Part shown: positions 22,881 through 36,830 of the stretch, piece after piece
How the letters are laid out: every line of letters begins with the position of its first letter
Numbering within the stretch: position 1 is the stretch's first letter
Assembly (NCBI GenBank): GCA_000934665.2
Contig: KZ538297.1
Span: 1-64,000, forward strand
From: Catajapyx aquilonaris
Taxonomy: Eukaryota
Direction: 5' to 3'
DNA: 64,000 bases
Notes under the pieces: model-generated
What the model saw: only the letters and a program-made list of their open reading frames with translations
Told to the model about the DNA's origin: nothing
The model's database searches: none
Translations under genes and position numbers: made by a program

Positions 22881-25800
22881 CTGCAAAAACAAGCAACAAT
22901 TAAGCACACTGTACACACACAGTAGGTCAAGCACACCTGCTTTGCCGCCCGCTGGAAGAAGACCGTAACTCAACATCCACTTTCCCTTGCGGCGAGAAAA
23001 AAAGGAGTGGTACCAAAAGCATCCAACAGATGGAGGTGGGGTGCCCGTTCCTTTTCCCACTTCCTTCAACGCCACCTCTTGGTGGCTTTCGGTAACACTT
23101 TCTTACTTTTCTCGCCGCAAGGGATGTGGATTTTGAGTTACGGTTTTTTTTCCAGCGGACGTCAGTGCTGGGGGCTACACCGACCCCCTGAGTGGTCAGC
23201 AACCCAACGCATTTCCCCGTAGCAATAATTCCGGCCTAAACAAACTCATATAAACTGTTGCTTTGCCAGGGGAAGTCGAATGGGGCAAGCTTCCCATTGA
23301 GGTGAGAATTAGGCTGCCAAAAGGGCGCTTCCGTGGGCGTGGGAAATAAGCGGGGGTCGTTTATTTCAAGCCTCTCTGTGAGTCATCTAGCTTCCTCACT
23401 CACACTTATATATTTTTCCCAAGCACATAAGTCATATCTGGTCAATATCATTTCATTATACACAAGGGCGCAGTGGAATCTGCTTTTCCTCTTTTGTATA
23501 CAAACCTGTATACCGGCTTTTGGCATTTTCGAAGTCTCCAACAGGCACAATGGCGCAAAAGTTTCTCAGCTTGGAAAAAGGGTCTTTGAAAGCTTCTTAT
23601 TCTCACGCCTTCTTAGCTACAGAGCTGCTGGAGGAGGTCAAATAATGTCAACACATTCCCACACCTTCGTGTTCCTCACCTGCCAGGCGACGACCTACGC
23701 CATCCAAACACGTACAGTGTAATTACAGTGTCCACAAAATTTAAAAATAAATTGTCGTGGGGAAAAGTTGCGGATTGTTGACTCCAGCAACAATCGTCCC
23801 ACTGCTATAGTTACTGCTAAGTTAGCAGTGGAAAATTCGACACAGGCGAATTCGGTTGTTGGAAGCAAACAATCCGCAACGTGTTATTAAAATGTGATGT
23901 ATTACACACACACATAATACCCCCCCCCCCCCAAAAAAAAATGATTTACCAGAGAAAGCCCGCATTTTCAACAATTTATTACGCCAGCAGCTAAATAACT
24001 GGACAGTTGTTTGATAAACCGTTGTATGCACACACACACAAAAAAAAGTAGTTTGGATCATTTACTATTCAAAAAAGTCAGCTTCTCATAGTCGTAAATA
24101 TGCTGGGTTGAATTAACTGCTCACCAAAAAAAAAATGAATTGCATCGGCTCTACATGAATGGTGACATTCCATCGGAAGTTGCGACAAATTGATGGGGCT
24201 AAAAGGTGTAGATGTTTACTGGCCACTTAATTTTCTCTAGGCGCTATAGACAAATTCGGTGGCTCCATCATCACTCGACTTTTTTTGCCCTATAAAAACG
24301 ACTGGAAGGCCAATAACTACATGTTTTTGTTTTTTTGGGGGTGGGTCGTTGTTCCTTCAAGAAAATGAGCTGACAAAGTAGCTGCCGGAGATCCTAGTCA
24401 AACTGGTCAATTTACTCGCGGAAAAAAAGGGGCGATAAAAGCATAAAGTGTTACAGACAACACCTTTGATTCTAGTGGAGGCGACAAAATTACAATAAAA
24501 ACCGATTCATTACACGTGATGTGCTTAGAAAATAATTTTGGCATCCTTGTATGGCTTTCCCTTCTCTCTTTTTTTTCTTGGTTCAATTTTCCTTGGAGAG
24601 GATTATCCAACTGCTTGTGATTACATGTCACCAAGGATCAGGCGGCGTTTCTTGAGATCACAATCTTCACGCTCCTGGAGGAATCTGATATCCGTGGTGT
24701 CATCACCAAAAGTGTCGTGGGGGTCCTAACAAGTTTAGATTCAAACACCCCCCCACCCAACCAACCATCCAGTAAATCAGCTCTCTGATGATGAAAGCCA
24801 AGTGGATGACGATGGACAGCTAGGGTCACTCACCAAAACACATGTTGCAATTGCGTATATTTACAAGCGCCAAGAAAGAACCGTTACGAGCCCCGAGTTC
24901 AACAGGATGACTGGCAAACTGATTCTTCCCCCCCCTAAAAGTTAATTGGCTCAAACTTCCCATACTTCAGACAGGGTCCCCTCTCATATATGTAAGAAAG
25001 AGAAACTAGTAGCACTTGTCTGAAGGAATTTTTTTTTTTCGAGACTGGACAGGTGTTGACCACTCTGACGGAAGGGACCTCTTCAAACTTCTCCGCGTTT
25101 AGCACACAGGCTTCCAAACCTATAGAAGCTTTCTACCGGTCTGTGATTGGCACTGCAAATATTTGCCAATGTATACAAGTCATTCAGAAGTCACGCAGCA
25201 GCATCTAAAACGACAGATTTTTATCCTGTGCATGCTTGCTGGTTAAAATTTATACGGCAGCAACAGGTACGCGTAAATCATTTTTTTCCCCATCGCGATA
25301 AGTTAAATGAAATATAAAGACTTTGCGTGAATTCCGACGATATCTTACGAGCGCTTCAGCAAACAAAATAATTTTTTCTTCCTTATTACGTCACTGTATA
25401 CGTTCATTCATACCGAGATAACAAGTCGACAAAATAACCTTACGGCCTGCTGAAGTTTGCTAATTTTTAACGACTAGCAACTATTTATAGAGAGGCTATT
25501 CTTCGGAATAATTGGACCTTGTTATGGGCAGCCAATTGTTGGAGCTGGCCAGAGCCAACGCAATGTACAGTGGGTGTGTATATAACAGATCGGGGGGGGG
25601 GGGGGGGGGGACAAAAANCAATGACGCTTGAATAATAATGCACAAGCAGTTGACACATGACAGCAATGGCGACAGCCTTGGAAGAATCTCTTCAAGGACG
25701 ACACACACACACTTTTCTCCCTTCAACTAAACCAACAAGATGTCCCCAAAAAATGCACGTGCACATACCAGAAGTAAGCATCCCGGAGACATACGTGTGG

Positions 25801-26845
25801 GTAATACACATGTGTGTGTGTGTACAAAAATTTCGTTCCCGATCAGTAAGCCGACACTTGAAAACTATTATTTTGTTACACCGATACCTAGGTGCTATAT
25901 ATAGACCTTTTTTTAATCACGAGAGGACGTCACTCACCCAGTATCCTGTGACGCATCAAGATACGTGTGCGTTTCAGGTATGCGGTACTCGCGGGTACAG
26001 GGTGAGCCGACTTGTACACAACCAGTTGGTTTTAATTACGCATTGTTGACGCCCGATAATTTGGAGCCGCAGCTGCTTCTCATTATTATACGCAAGAGTA
26101 AACAGATCGTTGCGACAGCGATGACCTTATACGTTGTTGGAAGACAATGCAGCAATGCATCACTTGGAGCTGTACCGTATGAATTGTCCAGTCCGGGACC
26201 GGACACAAAAGCGTGCCTGGAAATGTTAAATTTTATATACATACAGGTTGGTGCACTTATTGTTCGTACCAGCAACCTGTTCGAACTGCCAGCTTTCTCT
26301 CTTATTTTTATTTAAATAAAATCGCAGACTTGGACAGTGCACCCTGTATGTATGGCACGCATCGGCAGAAAAACTTTTGGACAGAAAATTTATTTTCCAT
26401 CCCACCACTCTGTGAGAGTAGCTGTGATTAATTGTCATAAGGAGGAATAATCATGATGGAGTGTCTCCCGCGACATTGCTCCCACATTTTTTCCCGCCCG
26501 GGGGCGTCATAAAGAATGGTTAAAGTGGATTCGCGACATATCATCTGTCGCGAATATCTTCGCACACACACACACACAGAGAGAACGAGCTGTTCACCCC
26601 AGCAACCATTTGAAGCAGTTTAGAAGCCGGTAACGCTGGCAACACCGCATTTTCGTCTTTTGTCGGCAATCACGTGATACCGCACGGCTCCTGATTGGCC
26701 GGTTGGGACCACGTGACCGGGCGGCGTTGCCATTTTTTGTTGATACGTACCATAAAGAATCTGAGCAGGTCGCGGTGCATGATGCGAGAGAGGTCGGTGG
26801 GTGTCCCGGGGTGCCGGCTGTGATAAGCAGGCGCCTCGGGAGGAG

Positions 26846-27190
26846 ATGGTGCAGCACCACCTCCTCTTTCTCCTCCTCCTCCTCCTCTTCCTGGGCGCCA
26901 ACAGCACCGCCGCCGCCACGACGCCGTCGGCCACCAACACTCTTCCCTCAGTGATGGAGATGACGGGTACCTCTTGGTCGCAGGCCCTTTTAGCCCAGGT
27001 CGCCAACATGAGATTTCGGGCAACGCATGCCCCGTTTCGACGCCTCCGTCTCCTCCTCCCTCCTCCTCCTCCTCCCTCGACGTCGCTTCTTTTTCGCCCC
27101 CGCTGCACAACCGACGCCCTCACCGACGACGTCGATGGGGGCGTCGCACCACAATCTGCCGAAAAGAAATTGCCAAGGAGAACAAGTTAG
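26846..27190 (+). CDS. putative secreted small protein or first exon of an unresolved gene
   Basis: [24 protein letters not shown] is signal-peptide-like and followed by a Thr/Ser/Pro-rich region; GC-rich island with ATTGG box at ~26694. The Leu run coincides with a (CTC)n tract. Confidence 0.35.
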   Translation: MVQHHLLFLLLLLLFLGANSTAAATTPSATNTLPSVMEMTGTSWSQALLAQVANMRFRATHAPFRRLRLLLPPPPPPSTSLLFRPRCTTDALTDDVDGGVAPQSAEKKLPRRTS

Positions 27191-27712
27191 GAACATTCAA
27201 ACAAAGATCGTGATTCGAGTATACTTTTTTTCCTATCCATAAAGAAATCCAAATTGGACAACAATGACATGGAATGTTGTCGGTCTAATTTCTCGTTGCC
27301 AAGTAACCTATTTTTAAAAAAAATGTTATCACTGTTATAGAAACAGTCAAGCACGATTCGTGATTCGAGTAGACTTTTTCTCACTGCCAATGAGATCCCA
27401 ATTGGACGACAATCACATGGAATTTCCTTAGCAATATTAGAAACATTCAAGCACGATTGGAAAAATCACTCGATCGTGATTCGAGTAGACTTTTTCTCAC
27501 TGGCAAGGAGATCCCAATTGGACGACAATCACATGGAATGTTGTCGGTATTTCCTTAGCAATATTATAGAAACATTCAAACAAAGATTGGAAGGAGAGAA
27601 AAAAATCACTCGATCGTGATTCGAGTATATTTTTTTCCCATTGATAAGGAAATCCAAGTTGGGAGAACAACGACAAGGAATATTGTCGGTCTCATTTCTC
27701 GTTGCCAAGTAC
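27188..27712. repeat. degenerate tandem repeat, ~4 units of ~120-150 bp
   Basis: CGTGATTCGAGTA recurs at ~27209, 27359, 27475, 27615, each followed by TCCAATTGGAC..CAAT.ACATGGAAT-like sequence. Confidence 0.8.
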
Positions 27713-29328
27713 TCAAGTAGGCCTAACCTAATCATGTAGACTTCACCTTGGAGGATAGAGTGAAAACCGGAAGTGGTGAAGTTGACCATGGACCCTACTT
27801 AGGCTCAGCCGAATCCGAAACCCGTTTGCGGTTTAGGCCCTGATATCTGTCCACAGACAGACAGACAAACAGAGCGACTCTATGAGACATTTTTTCCATG
27901 AGAAATAAAAGACTTAAGAATTGTGGCTATTGATGTCAATGTGACAAACAGTGACATAGGAGGGGGGAATGGCCACATGTGACGTCATTGATGTCCCAAA
28001 CGCACGTGTACGGTCCGACACGTGTCATTTGACGCTATTTCCGTCCAGCAAGTTTACTCATACTCAGACCCCCACCATTTCTGCCACTTGTCCTCTAACA
28101 GTTTACATATTTCTTTTCCCCTCCTCCACCCAGAGATGGACCCCCCCTACACGAAATATTTTCCTATTAGTCTCCCAGCCACATATTGCGAAAATTGTGT
28201 GGGCGTATTGCAGTTCCAGTTCTTGTTAATGACTGATGGTTGTGGTGGGTAGAAAAAGGCTATACTCGCAGCATAGGAAGGGTTTATTGCATCGGTTTTA
28301 TCTCCTCCTCCGGCAGCACTCAGCCGGGTGCAATAAATACCAAAGGCAAAGAGAGATAAGGTAAATTTTCTTTTTCTCTAGCTCTGTTTTGTGCACTTTG
28401 GCCACACTTTCTGCACCAAACTCAAATACTCAACTTCAACTAGAGTTTCCAGGAACAAAAACCCCTCTCTTGGAACAAACACATTGCACATTGCTAATGG
28501 GGAGGGTGACTACTTCTTCTTCGCCTACACCTTTTTTGAAAGAAAAGGAAAAACTGCTAATTAATTGTTATTACTAGCGGCGTAAGCGCGATCCATGATT
28601 AATTACTGTAATTATAGCCATGCAGAAGTAGCAGCGCCCTTTAATAAAACGCGTCGATTTTCGGCATGCATGCAAACCATCAGGTGAGACAACCAATTAA
28701 CAGGATTAGAGAAATTACAAGGTACCATCGGCGACATAAAGTCGGGGGGCAAGATTACTCTGTTATTATTCTATATTTTGTATATAAACAGGCACGGAAA
28801 TGTATACAGTTTATGTCGTGGTTTCGATGGTAAATCCACAACAACTAGTTTAATTTAAAAAAAAGAGAGTTGTTAACCTTATGACGTCAGTACGTTCCAT
28901 TTACCTGGAGATGAAACGCTTGCTTTTTATATACGCGTGTAAAAGCAGGAATTTTGGAGACGGTGGAATTCAACCCGCAAGAATTTTCTCTCCAATATTG
29001 GACATTTACTTCTCTTTTCTTAGGACGCAACCGCAATAAGAAAATTCCAACCGCCGTAATTTTAACCTGCCCGTAAAAATATCGACGGGTTAATATAGTT
29101 ACTGACGTCATAATGTCAACAACTAATCTTTCGTTACGTGTGTAAGCGTTCTGATTGGCCCACCGCATATTGTTACCGCTACACTTCTGATTGGCCCCTC
29201 GTTGACACTGTTTACTCGTATAGGGTTGAGGTCATTTCCATGGAAATACCAAGGAGATTAACAAACGTTCTTCAGCACCGCAGGCCGCAGGCCTAGAAAA
29301 ATGCTGGCGAAGTGTTTTTCTTCTCTAG

Positions 29329-29666
29329 CAGGGAGCATAAGAGGCGCAAACTTCTGTCGGCGCCTTTGATGTCCGCGTTTCTCTGTTTGGGGCCGTTGCC
29401 AAGGCTGGCGGCCATTTTGAGGTGTGGGCAACGCCAACGAGGTATAAATAGGGTACAGGCAACGCCATCTTTGATGGTTTTGGCTGCCATGGCAACTACA
29501 CGGCACGAACAGGCGCGAATCAAAGATGGCCGACCCAATTTTTGCCTGTACCCTATTTATACCTCGTTGGCGTTGCCCACAAATGGCCGCCAGCATTGGC
29601 AACGGCCCCAAACAGAGAGACGAGGAATTCGAATGTTTGCGCCTCTTATGTAGTATATGCTCCCTG
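29329..29666. mobile_element. MITE (family B), second copy
   Basis: CAGGGAGCATA...TATGCTCCCTG; near-identical to 11745-12099; flanks TCTCTAG/TCTATAG. Confidence 0.85.
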
Positions 29667-30797
29667 TCTATAGTTTGACTCCCAAGTCCTGAGTTTGTTA
29701 CCTGAACTAAAGACGTGTGAATGAGATTCCTGAGCAGGGTAGGGCCAGACTTCCTGTTTGCACACAAATTTTTGGACAGCCATTTTTGGCCCTCCTTCTC
29801 AGCCAGGTATTTTGAGTACACCTTTTACTTGCATAAACGGGCTGCCCCTCTTTTTTTGTGGCTTAATTGAAATCGTAGTGAGTGTCCCCCCTCATGACAC
29901 CCTCATCCATCTTCAGGGTGTTGGACTTAATTGACGTGTCAAAGGATCAAGCCACCTGGTTTCCTACTTCAACATGCAGCAATTAATTTTTTGGGGGGGA
30001 GGTTCATGTGGCGCCTTAGGTGGGCCAAAAACACCCTTAATAACATGTTCCAACAAATCACTGGGTGCACACACTTTAGAAAAAAGGTCTGAAGGTGATA
30101 ACTGGGTGCTAATTGGCCACCGCTACACAACCTTATTTTTTGTCTCTCTCTCTCTCTCTGTCATTTACGTAGTGTGTATGTGGAATCCGCGATTTTTACA
30201 GAGAGAGCTGATGGGAGGGTGTCAGCCTCAAGGTTCCGTTTCGTTACGGTGGGGGAAGGGGGGAGAATAATAGATGGCAAGAGGGGTTCCGAACCCTCCA
30301 CTTAGCGGTATGAACGACCGTCGTTTCGGGCTTAAAAACCGTTGTTCCAGCTGACCTTAAAGTGTCGGCCTGCGCCTTCAAACTATCAACAACTCTCCTT
30401 TTTTTTCCTTCAAAAGAAACTCCGGAGAACTGCTCTGACTAAACTGGTGAGGATTAAAAAGTGTGCGCATGACACACACCCTAATAAAGCTTAAGACCTT
30501 CGCAATTTATTTTTGCAAAACAGCTAAATCCACAAATCATGAAAGTCTTTTATTATGACAATCATTCACTTCCTGTTTTGCATTTGGTTCATGTCTCCTG
30601 GCTTATCCCATTTTTGGTGTAAATCGTGGTGTAAATTATGCGTGATAGCATAGAAAAAAAAGGTGAAAGTTTTCGCTGGATAAATGAGTCGAAATGCACT
30701 CTTTCCCCACATGAAGTACATTATTAGTAACAATAAATCCTATGTTTTGGACACTAAGATTATATATTTAAAAAGTGCAGTTTCTCTCGAATCAACA

Positions 30798-30872
30798 GGA
30801 GCCGTATACTCATCCAGGTCACTCGCAATCGACTTTGTCGATTGCGAGTGACCTTGATGAGTATACGGCTCC
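30798..30872. repeat. 75-bp hairpin (36-bp stem, 1 mismatch, TTT loop)
   Basis: GGAGCCGTATACTCATCCAGGTCACTCGCAATCGAC-TTT-GTCGATTGCGAGTGACCTTGATGAGTATACGGCTCC. Confidence 0.9.
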
Positions 30873-32814
30873 AGCAGTCTCAGTGGTCTAAAAGTGGGTT
30901 AGGTAGCCGTGACATACATACCAACAAACTTTCTGCTTTATATAGTGCACAATATTTCAGTACTTGCAACTGCTGATGAAATTAAATACGCCATTTGCGT
31001 AATGAAGCCTCAAATCTTTCCCAAGTACCACGTTGCGGTGCAATTATAAAGTTATTCACTCGGCATAATTATACCAAGGCGGGTTGATGCAACAGCACTT
31101 CCTTGATTTGTATACGAGGTCGGTTGTCGAGCTTGAAAAATTCCAGGCATGAAACGACTGATGTTCCTAAGTTCCCAAACAAATATCGTGTCGTGATTTT
31201 GGTGACACAAGTCTGTCGCAACCTCTGGATTTATTTTATTTTTTTTCCTGCTGGGTTCTACTGACCTTTTCGCTTTCTTTATTGTCTCCCTGGCCGCTGG
31301 ACAGCAGGCCATAAATCGCTCAGACACTCTAGCCAAGACCAAACACTAATAATTGGTCCGAATTGGAGGTGACGAATGGACCTAACTTCCCCCATGATTG
31401 GCGGGATTAAACGCGGCTGCGACCTCCCTAAATCTTTCTGTGGGAGTGTGACAACCATTTGTCACCAATCCCTCCTACCAGAGAAAAGGCCTAAGAATTG
31501 GCAATGTCACTGGCCCACACTCCAGAGGAAAAAGGTATTAGAGTTTCTCTTCGTGTGTGGGCCCAAATAACTACACACACTATACCTTTCCCAAGACATT
31601 TTTCGCATCTTGATGTCAAATTGAGATGTTTGTAAACGGCCGTGTGAAGCAGCAGCCCAAGTCTTTTCATTCCAAGATGTTTCAAGGGGTTGAACTCCAC
31701 CCATTGGAAGGATACACCCGCATTTCTTTCCCACCAACATTTTTTTCTTCTTCTTCTCTCTTTCTTCTACCTGCCCTCTCTAGCCACCTTTTTTGAGGCA
31801 ACAATATCAGCTCGGTATACAAAGAGGTGTTGGAAGCTGACATGGCCACACCAATCTTTTTTTCTCTCTCTCCAAGTGGAAGAAGTCAAGAAGCCTCTTC
31901 CTATACACAACAGAACACCCTAAAAACATCCAAAGAATTCCGACACAAACACTGTGCAATAGGTAATTTCAAATGTGTAAAAAAATTACAAACAGAAGCC
32001 ACTTTCTGGTATGAAATGATTTAGAGTGTACATGGAGGGGCATTGCAATTGCATCTAATTGCTCAAGGCCAGAGCAAAATCGCATGATTGCACAAAATGG
32101 GCCAGACATCCAGCAACCTTGACCATTAGTGCGAAAATTTCTGCTGCCTCCTACTGCGAACATCCAATGTTTTGCATTAAGATTATTGCAATTTATTGGC
32201 AGGAGGTGTATATGTATGTATAAACTGCGCATCCCAATTCGTATGCCAAGAAAGCATTTTGAAGTGGGCATGGGCTCCATCAGATAGGTAAGTAGATCTG
32301 TCTGGCTCCGACCAGCCTCTCGCCCCCAATATATATACACATTTTTTCGAAATCTGTCTTGCTGTGCACATACTCTTTTTTTTCAGGATATCGCATATAA
32401 AAGGGGCTTCCTAGATTTTTATAGACGTGATGACGCACGGATTTGTCCCGGAGGACGACCGGATTTTGCTCTCTGCCCGGGACTTGTGGGTGAATATACG
32501 TTATATATATCGTTAAAAAAAAGAGAGACCCAGTCCCCGAGACGAGTAGGCGGCAAAGGCGGTGAAGAAAAGCGCATTATCTCGTAGCTCTATCCGACTT
32601 TGAGCGCGTGGAAACAAACGCCGCCCGAATTTTCATTAACTCCTTCAGAGCCAACACACACACAAAAAAGGGGGGACCCCATTCATGCCCAGGAAGTCAC
32701 GAAAAAAAAAAACAATCAGGAAACTACAGACGAAACCATTTTGTACTGCCAACTGTGTTCATTGCAACTATTTCAAAATATTATAAATGAATTCCTGCAA
32801 TCACATGGCCAGTA

Positions 32815-33620
32815 TCACTCTAAAAATGGTCTATGTAGTGATACAATATTCACTCCTTCCACACTCGTTTTGAGTCAAAATCACTCTATCACTCCAGTGA
32901 AAAAAATAATCACTCATTTTGAGTGATAATTTCACTCACTGAAACAGTAGTCTTCCTGCTCATTTTGACGCTTCTTTTAGAGCTGATTTTCCACTCGATT
33001 TGGGCATAAATCTTTGCGGAGTGAAATTCACTCAAAAATCTCTCAAAAGTGAGTTATTTTGACTCAAAACGAGTGGGAGTTTGAGCCAAAATCGCTATAT
33101 TAAATTCACTCAAAATCACTCAAAAGTGAGTGATTTTGTCTCAAAACAAGTGGGATTTTGAGTCAAAATCGATATATTAAATTTATTCAAGTGAGTGATT
33201 TTGACGCAAAACAAGTGGCATTTTGAGTCAAAATCGATATATTAAATTCACTCAAAAGTGAGTGATTTTGGCTCAAAACGAGTGGAATTTTGAGTCAAAA
33301 TCGATCTGTATATAATTAACTCAAAATCACTCAAAGTGAGTGATGTTGACTCAACGAAACGAGTGGGATTTTCACGCAAAATCGCTACAATAAATTCACT
33401 CAAAAGTGATAGTGATTTTGACTCAAAACAAGCGGCATTCTGAGTCAAAATCGATCGGTATATAATTTACTCAAAATGACTCAAAAGTGATAGTGATTTT
33501 GACTCAAAACGAGTGGAATTTTGAGTCAAAATCGATATATTACTCGTTGCAATTAACTCAAAAAGAGCATTTTTCGAATATTTGAGCGAAATTTTCACTC
33601 GCAAATCTCTTAGAGAGATA
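32815..33620. repeat. satellite-containing element, ~60-70 bp units with a short inverted left arm
   Basis: CACTCAAAAGTGAGTGATTTTGACTCAAAACGAGTGG repeated ~7 times over 33030-33560; reverse-orientation fragments at 32850-32940. Confidence 0.8.
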
Positions 33621-34725
33621 ATCTGTCCAAATAAGTGTGTATACAGATTCCGACCTTCGACTTGTACCAGAAAGGCACAAAATCCTATTGTTTACTCGAT
33701 ATACGTACAACGAAAACACTTAAGGGGGGGGGGNGGGGGGGGGGAAATGTGCGGAGGTTGGTTGTGTGTATATAAGGAAAGGTGACCTACAAAATAGGAT
33801 TTTTAAAAAAAAAGGATTTGAAAAGAACAAAGCCGCTGTCCCGTACTTGGTGTACTTAACACCTACGGATATGTTGTTCAATGCATACAGATCCGGTTTG
33901 GGATATATTTGCATTTATTGTTATGATTTTTCGCTCTCCTTCTTCTCGAGTATAGCGATTACTGAGGGGTCTGATTACCATTTTTATTGCATAGCTCCAG
34001 GCTTCTAAGTGCTGGCTGGTACATTCCTTAAAATTTTGCTTCAAATAAAGTCCGGTTGACATTGCTCCAGGGCAAAGTGGGTGTGTTTTGCTGCAGGTGA
34101 ATGAAACTGTGTGTGTCTGGCTATGGCCCAACATAACTCGTACAAGTATGGTGCAACCACAAGCAACCCCCCTCCCATTGAAGTCAGTCCCGCAGAAGAT
34201 ATAGAGCCAGACTCTCTCAGACCCCGAAAAAGGAGGGTGATGGTCACCACAGATTGGGCAAAAATAAATCCGAAAGGAAAGGCAGGGCTTGGAAGTATCG
34301 CAAACCACAAGACAACAAGGAGAGCAAACGCAAAATTTTTGCCCTCATTCACTTTCAGTACTTGACCGAAAAAAAAAGTGCAATCAGCTCCCCCCAACCC
34401 ACCTACAAAAAAAAAAACTAGAAACGAACCCCCCCAGTCCTATCTGTTGGTCGTGTCCAGGTCTTATCCTGTCCCAAATGCATTTCTCTGGTCCCGGATG
34501 ACAAACAGCAGCATTGGAAAAACACGACCAAAAGTGTGACCCTCACCCTTATACAACAACCAATCGTAAATCGAAACACTGCTGTGCACAGGTCTTCTTC
34601 CGGACAGAATGAATTACTGCACCTTGATAATAAAGAGAATGAAAAAAAAACTAAGGGTCAACATTGTCTGGAAAGGGGGGGGGGGGGGGGAAAAACAGGC
34701 CAAAAAAAGGACATTTAACCAATCC

Positions 34726-34869
34726 NNNNNNNNNNNNNNNNNNNNNNNNNNNNNNNNNNNNNNNNNNNNNNNNNNNNNNNNNNNNNNNNNNNNNNNNNNN
34801 NNNNNNNNNNNNNNNNNNNNNNNNNNNNNNNNNNNNNNNNNNNNNNNNNNNNNNNNNNNNNNNNNNNNN
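34726..34869. other. assembly gap (N run)
   Basis: Read directly. Confidence 1.
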
Positions 34870-36830
34870 GGGGGGATTCTTTGCGGAAATAATTTGTCCC
34901 AAATGTGGACAGTCCACACACACAAAAAATTTGTGCACAATATTTTGACCCGGAAGATATGCCAATTTTTTTTTTTTGCAACTGACATGTTGACTTTACG
35001 GTACCAAAAAAATTTGCCTGCCGGACTTACGCACCTGTCCGCATTCTAAAGTGTCCACATCACCTCCCGCAGAAATTTGCGAGACCAATTAGCGAAACAT
35101 CCAAGTACACACTATCGTCATCAACATATCACAACATACGTCACCTACATTTTTGGATCCCCCTATTACCACGAACCACATTACAGGGTGTCCATAAGTA
35201 TAATTGTTCGACCCAGAAACTATAAAGTGTTTGCTCTCCTTTTAACCTGGTTTCTGGTGCAAACAATCAGTTTTTTTATTGGTCACTGTACAGGGTGGCT
35301 CAAAAGTGCCTATGTGTCCACACTTTAGGGTCACCCTGTACATATCGCAGTTCTTGGAAATATTTTCTAAAAAAAATCTCATTTTTTTTCTTCAAAAAAA
35401 ATGGGTGCTCATTAAGTGTATGGCAGTTAGGCCTGCCGCTGATTGGATAATTAGAGGCCTAGGAACTTCGGCGCCTTCTATTTAGTGGGGGGAAACCGTC
35501 CCCCCCTCTCGTAACAACCCACCAATTTTTTGATGGCCCATTCACCAACCGATTAATTGCAACAATCGGCACCTGCTCCTATATAGTTGGAAGACCATCT
35601 TAATTGAGACACTGTAGAAAAAAACCATCGCTTCGCTCACATTTTTTTTCTATGCCTGCGGTTAGCGAAACACTCGCTTCGCTCACGTTTTTTATATGCC
35701 TGCGGTTAGCGAAACACTACTCGTTTCGCCTCTAATTTTTCTGCGCCTGCGGCGGTTAGTGAAATTCGGTGATTGTTCGCACCCCCTATAGCACAACCTG
35801 CTTGGAAGTGAAAGCAACAATACGTACCTTGGGTCTCAAAATTTGTTTGCCGGTCCTTACACTGTTGGCATGTACACTTTGGCAGACGACCAAGTTGTCA
35901 GGAGGTTCCATTGGTGACATATAGTCGGCATGCCGCACCTTTTTCTCTCTCTCGGGCAACACTAGATCACTGATGCGCGCGCACTATGTCACCTTTTTTT
36001 TTTTCAAACGCGCGTGCGATGCGTGCGATCCGTGCGTGATCGCGCAGCAGAGTGAAGGAAGAAGCTCACTTTGGCTGGCTTGGGGAGCTTCTTGGCTTTT
36101 TTGGGTCCCCCCTCCTCCTCCTCCTCACCACCACCTACCACCAACCCTGGCCTCCTACTGATGATGATGGTTTGATGATGCCAAGGCCCGCCCTCACCAC
36201 TTTCCCATTGGTCACCACAACCGATCACTTTACCTCAAACAGAATGTAGTCACTAAAAGTTTTGACAACTTGGATGTCACCTTTCCCCCCCCCATCAAAA
36301 TGTTGGCAACATTGTCAGCAACGGTACTGAAAAATACAAAAAGGGGTCAACCTAACCCGAGGGTAGAAGCCCCCCCTTTTTCAACAACAAACAGACCGCC
36401 TTTTGCAGGGGTCGCGACAATAAGACACGGCAACAATGCTGCACAGCAATATTGTCACGTAATTGTCAATCGAGTGAGCAGCACTCGAGTGTGTTAACCA
36501 AACAATAAGTGTGCAGCAGTATACATCTATAGCTCTCGATGACGTAGCTATATATTTCGCGCGGTGTCCTTTTTTTTCGCGAAAATGCAAGGACCATTGC
36601 GTCACGTTTTTTTTGTGAAGCGGTGGCCGTACATTTTATTGTCAAACTAGATGACCTCCGCGTCACATGTGCACAAACACAATTGGCCATGACGCGTGTT
36701 GGATATGATCAATCAGATGTTACGTAACAGCGTGACGGGGTGTGACACATGCCAGATTAAATATGGGAATATTTTAAAATATAATTAATATCAGTGTGTA
36801 TAAGGTCTTGTAGAAGAAGTTTTTAAATTC

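Noticed and set aside
24834..24935. candidate upstream exon of the neurotrophin-like gene
   Set aside because: Good GTGAGT donor, but the frame needed to join exon 22880 contains a stop.
34609..35049. ORFs spanning the N run
   Set aside because: Artefacts of the assembly gap.
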